Source of the DNA: an uncultured Fibrobacteraceae bacterium
Lineage (GTDB): Bacteria > Krumholzibacteriota > Krumholzibacteriia > LZORAL124-64-63
Length of the DNA: 64,000 nucleotides
Assembly (NCBI GenBank): GCA_964399195.1
Contig: CAYNPY010000008.1
Location: 2,260 to 66,259, forward strand
Direction of reading: 5' to 3'
The position numbers and the translations under genes were made by a program. Below the pieces are notes generated by a model that saw only the letters and a program-made list of their open reading frames with translations, did no database searches and was not told the origin of the DNA. This document shows, in pieces, positions 35,035 through 43,897 of this stretch (positions within the stretch are counted from its first letter, which is position 1; each line of letters begins with the position of its first letter).

Positions 35035-35232
35035 TCACGAGATGTACCCCAGCCCCTGCATGCGCCGCCGGATCTCCTCTTCGGATTCGCCGCCCGACTC
35101 GAACTTCGCGATCTCGCGCTCCAGCACGTGGCGCACGAACTCCTCGGGCGTGGCGTAGCCCGCGATGCCCGCGTACTTCCGCACTTTCGCCAGCAGGTCC
35201 TTGTCCAGCTTGACCGAAGATCCGCCGAACAT
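35035..35232 (-). CDS. 65-aa ribbon-helix-helix (CopG/Arc-like) protein with a C-terminal SEEEIRRRMQGLGYIS tail
   Basis: ATG 35232 after GAGGGGG. SVKLDKDLLAKVRKYAGIAGYATPEEFVRHVLEREI fits a strand-helix-helix pattern. The gene is hidden at the end of track ORF 35035..36867. Confidence 0.65.
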   Translation of the reverse strand: MFGGSSVKLDKDLLAKVRKYAGIAGYATPEEFVRHVLEREIAKFESGGESEEEIRRRMQGLGYIS

Positions 35233-35276
35233 CACCGCCCCCTCTCGTCGCGGCGCCCGCGGCGCCGTCGTGTTTC

Positions 35277-37247
35277 TCACTCGGCGAACAGGTCGCCGCC
35301 CACCATGTCGTCCGGCACCGGCACGCCGAACAGCGTCAGGATCGTCGGCGCCATGTCCACCAGCGCCGGGTCGGCGCGCCTGACCGGCCGGTTGACCAGC
35401 AGCACGCCGGGCACCTCGTCGGCGGCCATGCAGTGGTCGCCGCTCCACTTGAGCATGTTGTCGGAGAACTCGTGCTCCGGCAGGCGGCCCAGCGCCGACT
35501 CGTTGCTGCCTCGCCAGCCGCGGTGGTAGCCCACGACGATGTCCGGCCCGTCGTCGGCCAGCTCGCCGCGGTAGACCTGGTCGGCGCGGTAGGCGTACTT
35601 GATGGCGGGGCGGCCGTCGAGCGGGTCGGTGACGGCCTCCAGCCGGGCCTTCAGTTCGGCCAGCAGCGCCTGCTGCTCGGCGCCGGGCTGCACGACGCCC
35701 TCGCGCTCGCGCCCGGCCAGGTTCAGGTACAGACCGTTCAGCCCGACGGCGTAGGCGCGCGTCCGCGACCAGTCGACGTGGCGCAGCATGTCCACGTCGC
35801 CGGGCTGCGTCCCCTCCTCCAGCACCAGGTAGCCGTTGTTCAGCAGCCAGGTGTTGACGTGGAAGGCGCGGTTCCAGGGCGCGAACCCGTGGTCGCTCAT
35901 CACCATCACCAGGGCGTCGTCGCCGACGCGGTCCAGCGTCACGCCCAGCGCGCGGTCCAGGTCCCGGTACACGTCGCGGATGCGGCCGGCATGGGCCGGA
36001 TCGGCGTGCGCGTGCGTGGGCGAGCCCGCGTCCATGTTGCGCCACATCACGTGGCAGGTCTGGTCGGGCGAGTTGAAGTAGAAGAACAGAAGGCCGCGCC
36101 TGACCTTCGCGAACCGGTCCAGTTCGGCGCGCAGCTGGGCCAGGTGCTCGTCCATGACCAGGCGGCCCTGCTTGACGAAGTCCGCGTCGTCGAAGAAGCC
36201 GTTCTCCAGCGCGCTGGTGTCGTCGGGCAGGCCCTGCGTGTAGTAGCGGCCGGTCTGCTCGGCCAGTTCGCGGCTGTAGCCGCCGGGCGTGCTGATCGGC
36301 ATCTCCGGGTGCATGGGATCCAGCTGCACCGGCGTGACGTACAGCTTCAGGTGCGGAGAAGTGCTGATCAGGTAGTAGCGGCAGATGCCGCGGACGGATT
36401 TCAGCAGCGGGACCATCGGGAACTCGACGGGTTCCCATTCGCTCCACTCGCCCTCGTTCAGCACCACCTCGTGCGTGCCGGCGCGGAGCCAGACGGCGCG
36501 GCTGCGCGCGTCGACCACGCCCTCGACCGCGGCCAGCACCTCGGGGTCGCCGCGCCGCCAGGTGTTGCGGGGCCCGGCCAGCGTCGCGGTGAAGCGGCCG
36601 TCCTGCAGGTACACCGACTCGACGCGCCCGCCGGCCAGGTCGCGCTCGACGGGCGGGTCGGTCGTGATCAGCGTCGAGATGCCGTAGCTGCCGGTGATGT
36701 CGGGCGTGCCCATCCCCGACAGGCTGCGCACCTCGCAGTCGACGGGCGGAAAGTTGGACGGCACCTTGAAGATGGTGGCGTCGACGCCGGCGGCCGGCAG
36801 CAGCTCCCAGAACGCCGTCCCCTGCCGCAGGTTCTCCACCTTGCCGCTGCCGCGCGGGATCTTCCACCGGCCCAGCTTCCAGAACTTGTCCGGCGCCTTG
36901 GCCTCGCTGGCCGAGAAGCGCGGCAGCATCGTCCGCGGGTCGCGGTGGATGAAGTCGAAGATGCCGTGGCCGCCCGGGTCGCGCCCGGTGATGAAGTTCG
37001 ACCAGGCCACCGGCGACTGCGGCGGGATGGCGGTGCCGAACGGCAGCACCGTGGCCCCGCGGTCCAGGAAGCGGCGGAAGTTAGGCAGCTCGCCCTCGTC
37101 GAGGTATTGCCGCAACAACTGCGGGTCCATGCCGTCGAAACCGAGGATCACCACGCGCGGCCCCTCGTTCGCGGCCGCCGCGAAGCAGGCCGTCGGGACC
37201 AGCGCCCAGGCCAGCAGCAGCAAGGTCATCGCGCGCCTGGCGCTCAT
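35277..37247 (-). CDS. Alkaline-phosphatase-superfamily (phosphodiesterase/pyrophosphatase-like) secreted protein
   Basis: Nested ATG 37247 (MSARRAMTLLLLAWALVPTACFA). VVILGFDGMDPQLL, PPQSPVAWSNFITGRDPGGHGIFDF, MVMSDHGF and WSGDHC. Paralog of 37244..39352. Confidence 0.85.
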   Translation of the reverse strand: MSARRAMTLLLLAWALVPTACFAAAANEGPRVVILGFDGMDPQLLRQYLDEGELPNFRRFLDRGATVLPFGTAIPPQSPVAWSNFITGRDPGGHGIFDFIHRDPRTMLPRFSASEAKAPDKFWKLGRWKIPRGSGKVENLRQGTAFWELLPAAGVDATIFKVPSNFPPVDCEVRSLSGMGTPDITGSYGISTLITTDPPVERDLAGGRVESVYLQDGRFTATLAGPRNTWRRGDPEVLAAVEGVVDARSRAVWLRAGTHEVVLNEGEWSEWEPVEFPMVPLLKSVRGICRYYLISTSPHLKLYVTPVQLDPMHPEMPISTPGGYSRELAEQTGRYYTQGLPDDTSALENGFFDDADFVKQGRLVMDEHLAQLRAELDRFAKVRRGLLFFYFNSPDQTCHVMWRNMDAGSPTHAHADPAHAGRIRDVYRDLDRALGVTLDRVGDDALVMVMSDHGFAPWNRAFHVNTWLLNNGYLVLEEGTQPGDVDMLRHVDWSRTRAYAVGLNGLYLNLAGREREGVVQPGAEQQALLAELKARLEAVTDPLDGRPAIKYAYRADQVYRGELADDGPDIVVGYHRGWRGSNESALGRLPEHEFSDNMLKWSGDHCMAADEVPGVLLVNRPVRRADPALVDMAPTILTLFGVPVPDDMVGGDLFAE

Positions 37248-39352
37248 GCCGCCTCCCCGTCCGCGCTGAAGATGCTGCGCCCGGTCATGTGCGCCGGCCG
37301 CGGCAGGCCCAGCAGGTCCAGCACCGTGGGCGCCAGGTCCACCAGGCTCGGCTTGCCCGCCGCGAACGGCAGCGAGCTGAACAGGACGCCCGGCACCTGC
37401 CGGGGGTCCATGCAGTGGTCGCCCGACCAGCTGCGGGTGTTGTCGCTGATCACGTCGCCGCCGACGGCGCCGACCGCCGCGTCCCAGTCCGCGCGGTAGC
37501 CGGGCTTGTAGCCGACGATGACGTCGGGCCCGTTCTCGCGGTAGGGACCGCGGTAGATGTCCTCGCCGGCCCACAGCTCGGTGATGGCTTCCTGGCCGCC
37601 GCGGCCGGGGTCGGGCAGCCCGCGCAGGCGTTCGATGAGTTCGCGCTTGAGCGCGGGCGCGTCGGCCGGTTCCACGCAGCCGTCGTGCTCGCGTCCCTTG
37701 ACGTTCAGGTAGAAGCCGGCCAGCCCGTTGGTGTAGGCGCGCGTGCGCGGCCAGTCGATGTCGCCGACCTCGAAGCGCGTGCCCGGCGCGACGGCCGGCA
37801 GCGGTCCGCCGGCGGGATCGGACTTCAGGAACAGGTAACCGTTCTCGCGGAACCAGGCGTTGAGGTTCACCCCGCGCTGGAACTGCTTGAAGCCGTGGTC
37901 GCTGGCCACCAGCAGGACGTCGCCCGGGCGCAGCCGCGCGCGCGTCTCGCCGACCAGCGCGTCCGCGCGCCGGTACAGGTCCAGGATCGCGTCCTTGTGC
38001 CGCTCGGTGTCCTTGCCGCGGTTGGCCGGGTGCTCGGGGTCCAGGTAGCGGAAGAACATGTGCTGGATGCGGTCGGTGGCGTCGAAGACCACCGAGACCA
38101 CGCCCTCGGGCGTGCGGTCCAGCGCGTGCAGGAACTGCCGCCGGCGTTCCTCGTGGATGGCGTAGGCCTGCTCCAGGAAGGCCTGCTCGTCGATGACGCG
38201 CTCGTTCAGCGCCCAGGTGTCCTCCGCCAGCCCCAGGGTGGCGTAGGGCCCGTGCAGCTTCGCCAGCGTCAGCGCCAGGTGCGGCGGGTTGCTGATGGGC
38301 ACCGCCGGCTTGCCCGGATCGATGTGCAGCGGCGTGACGTAGAACGCAAAGCGCGGCGCGAACGAGGTCACGCGCAGGCGGCAGATCCCGTGCGCCTGCC
38401 GCGGGCCGCGGCCGAAGGCGACGGGGATCCAGTCGGAGTACTCGTCCGGGCCCAGCGTGAACGCGCGGCCGGCCAGCGTGAACGTCGCGCGCGCGCCGGC
38501 GCGGTCGAGCGTCACGGTCACGGGCGCGGTCAGCGGCCCGCGGCCGTCGGGAGCGTCCGGGCCCGGCAGCTCGCCGCGGAAGCGGTCGTTCCCGTCGCGC
38601 GTCAGGGTCAGTCGCACCCCGCCGGTGGTCGCCGGCCCGCCGGCGCCGCCGTCCGCGCCGGGCTCGCGGAACTCCGTGAACGTCCCCTGCGTGCCGCGCA
38701 GGTCGGGCACGCACATCGCCGACAGCAGCTTGCCGCCGAAGCGGTCGGGCGGGAACGTGATCGGCACGCGCAGGATGCTGCTGGCGATGCCGGCTTCGGC
38801 GCACGTCGTCCAGAACGGCTTGCTGCGCTTGAGCGACTCGAAGGGGTGGCCGCCGCCGGGCAGCTTCAGCGGGCCCAGGCGGCGCTGCGGCGCGCGGCGC
38901 AGGCGCGTCGACGACAGCGTGGGCAGGTGCGTCTGCCGGTCGCGCGTCAGGAAGTCGAAGATGTTGTGGCCGGAGGCGTCCACTCCCGTGGCAAAGGTGG
39001 ACCAGCCCACCGGCGACATCGCCGGCCAGGTGGTGCCCAGCGGCCGGAAGCCGCCCTCGCGCCGCAGCGCGTCCAGGTGGGGCAGGTGGCCCTCGTCCAT
39101 CCAGCGCCGCGCCAGGATCGGATCGAGCCCGTCCAGTCCGAGCACGACCACGCGGCGGGCCCGCGCGCCCTTGCGGCGGCCGCGCCCGCGCAGCGAACGC
39201 ACCGTCACGCGCGCCGGCCACAGCAGCAGCGCCAGCAGCGCCAGCGCGATGCCGGCCAAGGCGAACAGGAACGAGCCGCCCAGGGCGAAGCCGGCGCCCG
39301 GGCCGATGTAGGCCGGGACCGGGACCAGGCTGGCCAGGACGATGGGCGGCAT
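37244..39352 (-). CDS. Alkaline-phosphatase-superfamily protein with an N-terminal membrane anchor
   Basis: Nested ATG 39352. PAYIGPGAGFALGGSFLFALAGIALALLALLLW anchor. VVVLGLDGLDPIL, AMSPVGWSTFATGVDASGHNIFDF, LVASDHGF and WSGDHC. The stop overlaps the next start (ATGA). Confidence 0.85.
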   Translation of the reverse strand: MPPIVLASLVPVPAYIGPGAGFALGGSFLFALAGIALALLALLLWPARVTVRSLRGRGRRKGARARRVVVLGLDGLDPILARRWMDEGHLPHLDALRREGGFRPLGTTWPAMSPVGWSTFATGVDASGHNIFDFLTRDRQTHLPTLSSTRLRRAPQRRLGPLKLPGGGHPFESLKRSKPFWTTCAEAGIASSILRVPITFPPDRFGGKLLSAMCVPDLRGTQGTFTEFREPGADGGAGGPATTGGVRLTLTRDGNDRFRGELPGPDAPDGRGPLTAPVTVTLDRAGARATFTLAGRAFTLGPDEYSDWIPVAFGRGPRQAHGICRLRVTSFAPRFAFYVTPLHIDPGKPAVPISNPPHLALTLAKLHGPYATLGLAEDTWALNERVIDEQAFLEQAYAIHEERRRQFLHALDRTPEGVVSVVFDATDRIQHMFFRYLDPEHPANRGKDTERHKDAILDLYRRADALVGETRARLRPGDVLLVASDHGFKQFQRGVNLNAWFRENGYLFLKSDPAGGPLPAVAPGTRFEVGDIDWPRTRAYTNGLAGFYLNVKGREHDGCVEPADAPALKRELIERLRGLPDPGRGGQEAITELWAGEDIYRGPYRENGPDVIVGYKPGYRADWDAAVGAVGGDVISDNTRSWSGDHCMDPRQVPGVLFSSLPFAAGKPSLVDLAPTVLDLLGLPRPAHMTGRSIFSADGEAA

Positions 39353-39706
39353 CGGCGGCGGATTCCTCGTTGACGGGCAGTCGAAGGCGCGCGGTCGCTG
39401 CGACCGGCGCCGGATGGTAACCGGGGCCCGAAGGCGCGGCAACCCGGCGGCGACGAGACGGTTCCCGCGCCGCGGCGCCCTTCGCCAGTCCGGATCCGAT
39501 GGGACCGTTCGATAATGATAATCTTTTTTGAACAGCAGGGCGACAGAAAAAACGCCACCCAGACAACAACATCTTACAAAATAAGGAGATAGACTTTCAG
39601 ACGACCCTCAAGCCCGCCGGCAATCGGCCGATAGAACGCCCACGTAGCCGGACGGACGCCCCGCCCAGCGGGCCACCGCTTGGGCCCGAACCGGAAAGAC
39701 GCGGCG

Positions 39707-41632
39707 ATGACGATGTTCACGGTCGATCGCGACGAGCTGCTCGACAGCGCAGGACGCCCCGTGCGGCCGCACGTGAGCACGATCGTGCACGCGCTGGACC
39801 GGCTGCTGACGGTCGCCACCTACTACGCCGCCGAGCACGAGCAGTACCTGCGGGCGTCCGAGACCGCCGCCGCCATGCTGACGGAGGCGATGTGCCCGCG
39901 CCAGACCGTCGCGTTCGAGATCGCGGCTGACGGCCTGGTCGTCGACGGCGTCACGATCGATCCGCGGCAGAAACCGGCGCGCCAGCTGCACGCGCTGCTG
40001 GTCGGCCTTGACCTCGCGCGCCTGTCGATCTCGGCCCGCCTGAATGCGGCCGACCTGCGGCAGGCGCTGGCCGCGTTCCAGGAACACCGGCAGACACGGC
40101 TGCGCGCCCACAGCTTCCGCACGCTGGCCATCGCCGGGCTGCCGTCGACGGTCAGCGCCGACAGCCGCCGCGTCGGCGAGGCGTCCAAAGCGAACGAGGC
40201 CCGTCCGACCGGCAGCGGCGACGAACTGGACGTCCTGCTCGACGCCTGGAGCGAGACGACAGGCCCGGCGCCGGCCGGGAGCCCGGTGCGCGAAGAGTTC
40301 CTGCGCGAGCTGATGGCGGTGCTGGAGTCCGCCGCGGTGAATCTCGCGGATGAGGGCCAGACCGCCGACGACGCGGGCGACGCCGAGAGCCCGCGCATCA
40401 CGGCCGCCGAACTCGCCGAGATCCGCGCGGGCGTCGAGCGGCTGCTGGAGCGCGACCCCGGCGCCCAGGCGATCACGGCGTTGATGGATCTGGCGCGGCG
40501 CACGCTGGAGCTGAGCGGCGACCCCGACAAGGCGCGGCTCGTGTTCGAGCAGCTCCGCAAGCGCCTGGACGACCAGGACGTCGGCCCCGATGACGCGCCG
40601 CCGCCCGACCGCGGGCTGGCCGAGGACGTCTCGGCGCTCGAACGCCGCGTCCGCGAACTGGCGGAGCGCCCGGAGCCGTTGGCGGCGCCCCAGGTCTCGG
40701 CCCGGCGGGATCAGCTGGCCGTCTGCTTCCGGGTGCTCGGCGCCGGGCGTCGGGATGCCGCCCTGGCGGCGGCGGAATCGCTGCTGGTCGAAGCCTGCGG
40801 TTCGCCGGAGATCGGCGTCGCCGAGGTGGCCACGCTCGCGGACGCCCTGCAGGAGCTGGCCCGGCGCGGGCTCGGGGCGGAGATCGACCATGCGCTGCCG
40901 CCGCTGCTGGCGGCCCTGCGCGCCCAGCGGCCGGATCTGCTGGTGCACCTGTGGAACGGGCTCGACCCCGAGCTGGAAGCGCCGGCGCTGGAACTGCTCT
41001 GGCCGCACCTGGTCAACGACCTCGCCCTGGGACTGGACCCGGCGACCGAGCCGGCGGCCGCGCGCTGCTGCCAGGCGGCCGGCGCAGTGGACCTTGGGGC
41101 CGCCCTGCGCCTGGCGCCCCGTTTCCTGGTCCTTCCCGCCGCCGCGCGCGCGACGGTGTCCGACCAGGTGTTCCTGGTGCCGCCGTTGCGCGCCAGGGGA
41201 GTGCACGCGGTACTGCTCCAGGGCGCCGCCGCCGAACGCCACACCACCCGGCTGCGGCGCGAACTGCAACAGCGGCCGCCGGACCGCCTCACCGGGCTGA
41301 TCGTCGCCGCCTGCGCCGACGGCGACGTGGCCGACGCCGGCCTGCTCCTGGAGATCCTCCGCGAGGCCGGTTCCGCGCAGCCGTCCCCGGCCTACGGGGC
41401 CTTCGCGGCCGCGCTGCTGACCGACACGCTCGCGGCGCTGCCGCGCGAACGCCGCGACGAGCCGTGGACGGCCGACGCCGTGGCCTGGCTGGCGGCGAAC
41501 GAATCGGCGCGCGCGGCCGAACTGCTGCGCCGCATCGCGGGCGAGCGCCGCTGGCTCGTGAGCGCCGCCTGGCCGGAGTCCTGCCGGGCCGCCGCCCGGG
41601 GCGCGGCGCCGAACCCGCAGAAGGAGCGCTGA
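39707..41632 (+). CDS. Hypothetical cytoplasmic protein (helical, Ala/Leu/Arg-rich)
   Basis: ATG 39707 (or 39713). It ends 1 nt before the HD-GYP gene. No domain recognised. Confidence 0.6.
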   Translation: MTMFTVDRDELLDSAGRPVRPHVSTIVHALDRLLTVATYYAAEHEQYLRASETAAAMLTEAMCPRQTVAFEIAADGLVVDGVTIDPRQKPARQLHALLVGLDLARLSISARLNAADLRQALAAFQEHRQTRLRAHSFRTLAIAGLPSTVSADSRRVGEASKANEARPTGSGDELDVLLDAWSETTGPAPAGSPVREEFLRELMAVLESAAVNLADEGQTADDAGDAESPRITAAELAEIRAGVERLLERDPGAQAITALMDLARRTLELSGDPDKARLVFEQLRKRLDDQDVGPDDAPPPDRGLAEDVSALERRVRELAERPEPLAAPQVSARRDQLAVCFRVLGAGRRDAALAAAESLLVEACGSPEIGVAEVATLADALQELARRGLGAEIDHALPPLLAALRAQRPDLLVHLWNGLDPELEAPALELLWPHLVNDLALGLDPATEPAAARCCQAAGAVDLGAALRLAPRFLVLPAAARATVSDQVFLVPPLRARGVHAVLLQGAAAERHTTRLRRELQQRPPDRLTGLIVAACADGDVADAGLLLEILREAGSAQPSPAYGAFAAALLTDTLAALPRERRDEPWTADAVAWLAANESARAAELLRRIAGERRWLVSAAWPESCRAAARGAAPNPQKER

Positions 41633-41633
41633 C

Positions 41634-43037
41634 GTGGAACAGCGGTTCGGCGACCTGATCATCCGCCTGGCCAACGGCATCAGCCACCGGCGCATGTACT
41701 TCGACACGCACCCGCGCGTCGTCGCCGCCGCGCGCGAGGTTGCGGCCGAACTGGCCGCGCTGCTGCGCGACAGCGGCGAGGCCTCGTTCGCGTTCGGCGT
41801 CCACGGCGGCAAGTTCGTGCGCAACGGCCGCTACCTGGTGGGCCCGTCCATCGCCGGGCGGGCCCTGATCGACTTCGCCGAACGTCTCCGGTGCGGCGGC
41901 TTCTCCTTCGACGAGACGGTCACCGCCGGCGACCTGGTGGCGTTCTTCCGGCTGGGCGCCGACCGGACCGTCGCCTGCGGCGGTCTCGAGGAAGCCAGGG
42001 CCGCCTTCGCGCGGGAAGGGCTCGGCCGCATCGGACTGGCCGAGCTGTTGTCCGAGCAGGGCGATCTCGACGCCGACGGGCAGGACGATCCGCTGGCGAC
42101 GGTCTGCGGCGCCGACGACTTCGCGCCGCTGGTCGAGGTCTACCAGTCCATGTACGACGCCGTCTCGACGAACGCGCTGGCCGTCAGCGACAGTGGGGCG
42201 GTCGACGTGGACCGGGCGCGGGCGGCCGGGGCGGGCCTGGTCGGGTTGACCGCCAGCGCCTCGCTCGACGTCATGCAGTTCCTGCGCTACCCGGACTACG
42301 ACAGCTACACGATCGGGCACTCGGTGCGCGTGGCGGCCCTCTCGGCGCTGCTGGGACGCGCGCTCGGCTGGCCCGAGGCGCTGGTCACCGAACTGGCGGC
42401 CGCGGGCCTGCTGCACGACCTGGGCAAGGGACGCATCCCGCCGGAGATCCTCTTCAAGCCCGGGCGGCTGGACGCCGACGAGCGTCGCGTGGTGGAAACG
42501 CATCCGGAGGTCGGCGCGCACATCCTCCTGGAGAACGGCGAGCGGTCGGCGCTGGTCCTGGCGGCGACCTGGGGCCATCACCAGCGGCACGACCGCGGCG
42601 GCTACCCGCGCCTGCCGGGCTGGCACGAGCCGGGCGTCGTCGCCGAACTGGTGCACGTCTGCGACGTCTTCGAGGCCCTGACGGCGCGGCGACCCTACAA
42701 GCAGCCGCTGTCGCCGGCCCGCGCGTTCGAGATGATGCTGGGCGACGCCGCCGGCTTCCACCCGCGCCTGCTGGCGGCGCTGATCCGCACGCTGGGCCTG
42801 TACCCGCCCGGGAGCGAGGTGCGGCTGAGCGACGGCCGGCGGGCGGTCGTCGTCGCGCCCGGCGATGCCCTGGACCGGCCGCGGGTCCGCGCAACACACC
42901 TTCGCGGCGGTGCACCCGTCGCGCGCGAGGAGCAGCCCGCCCTGGATCTGGGCTGCGAGCCCGGACTGCGCGTCGCGGAACTGTTCACGGTCGGCACGGG
43001 CGACGAGCCCGTGGCAGCCCTGGGGGCCTCACGATGA
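41634..43037 (+). CDS. HD-GYP domain protein (putative c-di-GMP phosphodiesterase)
   Basis: GTG 41634 after AAGGAG. HSVRVA, LLHDLGK and HHQRHDRGGYP. Confidence 0.85.
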   Translation: MEQRFGDLIIRLANGISHRRMYFDTHPRVVAAAREVAAELAALLRDSGEASFAFGVHGGKFVRNGRYLVGPSIAGRALIDFAERLRCGGFSFDETVTAGDLVAFFRLGADRTVACGGLEEARAAFAREGLGRIGLAELLSEQGDLDADGQDDPLATVCGADDFAPLVEVYQSMYDAVSTNALAVSDSGAVDVDRARAAGAGLVGLTASASLDVMQFLRYPDYDSYTIGHSVRVAALSALLGRALGWPEALVTELAAAGLLHDLGKGRIPPEILFKPGRLDADERRVVETHPEVGAHILLENGERSALVLAATWGHHQRHDRGGYPRLPGWHEPGVVAELVHVCDVFEALTARRPYKQPLSPARAFEMMLGDAAGFHPRLLAALIRTLGLYPPGSEVRLSDGRRAVVVAPGDALDRPRVRATHLRGGAPVAREEQPALDLGCEPGLRVAELFTVGTGDEPVAALGASR

Positions 43038-43858
43038 ACATGCACACCGGTATGGGAGGCGTCGCCATCCTCGGCGCCGGCAACATCGGCACCGCGCTGG
43101 CCGAAGGACTCGTCCGTTCGGGCGGCCGTCGCCCCGGCGACGTGACGGTGACGCGGCGGCGCCCCGAGGCGCTGGCCGCCCTGGCCGCGCGCGGCTTCGC
43201 CGTGACGACGGACAACGCCGCGGCGGTGCGCAGCGCCGACGTGGTGGTCGTGGCCGTGCAGCCCGGCCAGCTCGACCCGCTCCTGGACGGCATCGCAGGC
43301 GCCCTGGACATCGACCGTCACGTCGTGGTCTCGGTGGTCTCGGGCGCCGGCATCGCGGCGATCCGCGCCCGGCTGCCCGTGGGCGTCCCGGTCGTGCGCG
43401 CCATGCCCAACACCGCGCTTTCGATCGGCGAATCGATGACGACGCTGGCGGCCGACCCGGGCAGCGACGCCGCGCTCGAGCGCGCCCGCGGCCTGTTCGC
43501 CCCGCTCGGGCAGACGCTGATCATCGGCGAGAGCCACATCGGCGCCGCCACCGCCCTGGCGGCCTGCGGCGTGGCGTTCTTCCTGCGCGCGATCCGCGCC
43601 GCCTCGCAGGGCGGCATCGAGATCGGCTTCCACCCCGAGGAAGCGCTGCTGATGGCGGCCCAGACCGCGCGCGGGGCGGCATCGCTTCTGCTGACCGGCG
43701 GCAACCACCCCGAGGCGGAGATCGACCGCGTGACGACGCCGCGCGGCTGCACCATCGCCGGCCTGAACCAGATGGAGCATGAGGGCTTCAGCTCGTCGCT
43801 GATCCGCGGCATCGTGCTGTCGGCGGAGAAGGCCGACCGGCTCTACGCGCTCGAGTAG
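43034..43858 (+). CDS. proC: Pyrroline-5-carboxylate reductase
   Basis: ATGA overlap with the HD-GYP stop. VAILGAGNIGTALAEGL Rossmann motif, VRAMPNTA and VTTPRGCTIAGL. Confidence 0.9.
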   Translation: MNMHTGMGGVAILGAGNIGTALAEGLVRSGGRRPGDVTVTRRRPEALAALAARGFAVTTDNAAAVRSADVVVVAVQPGQLDPLLDGIAGALDIDRHVVVSVVSGAGIAAIRARLPVGVPVVRAMPNTALSIGESMTTLAADPGSDAALERARGLFAPLGQTLIIGESHIGAATALAACGVAFFLRAIRAASQGGIEIGFHPEEALLMAAQTARGAASLLLTGGNHPEAEIDRVTTPRGCTIAGLNQMEHEGFSSSLIRGIVLSAEKADRLYALE

Positions 43859-43897
43859 GCCTCGTTCGCGCGGCGCCCCCGCCGTCCTGCCGAGCGC

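Noticed and set aside
39574-39819. An 81-aa minus-strand ORF spanning the AT-rich island.
   Set aside because: It overlaps the start of the 39707 gene on the opposite strand and has no RBS and no recognisable features.
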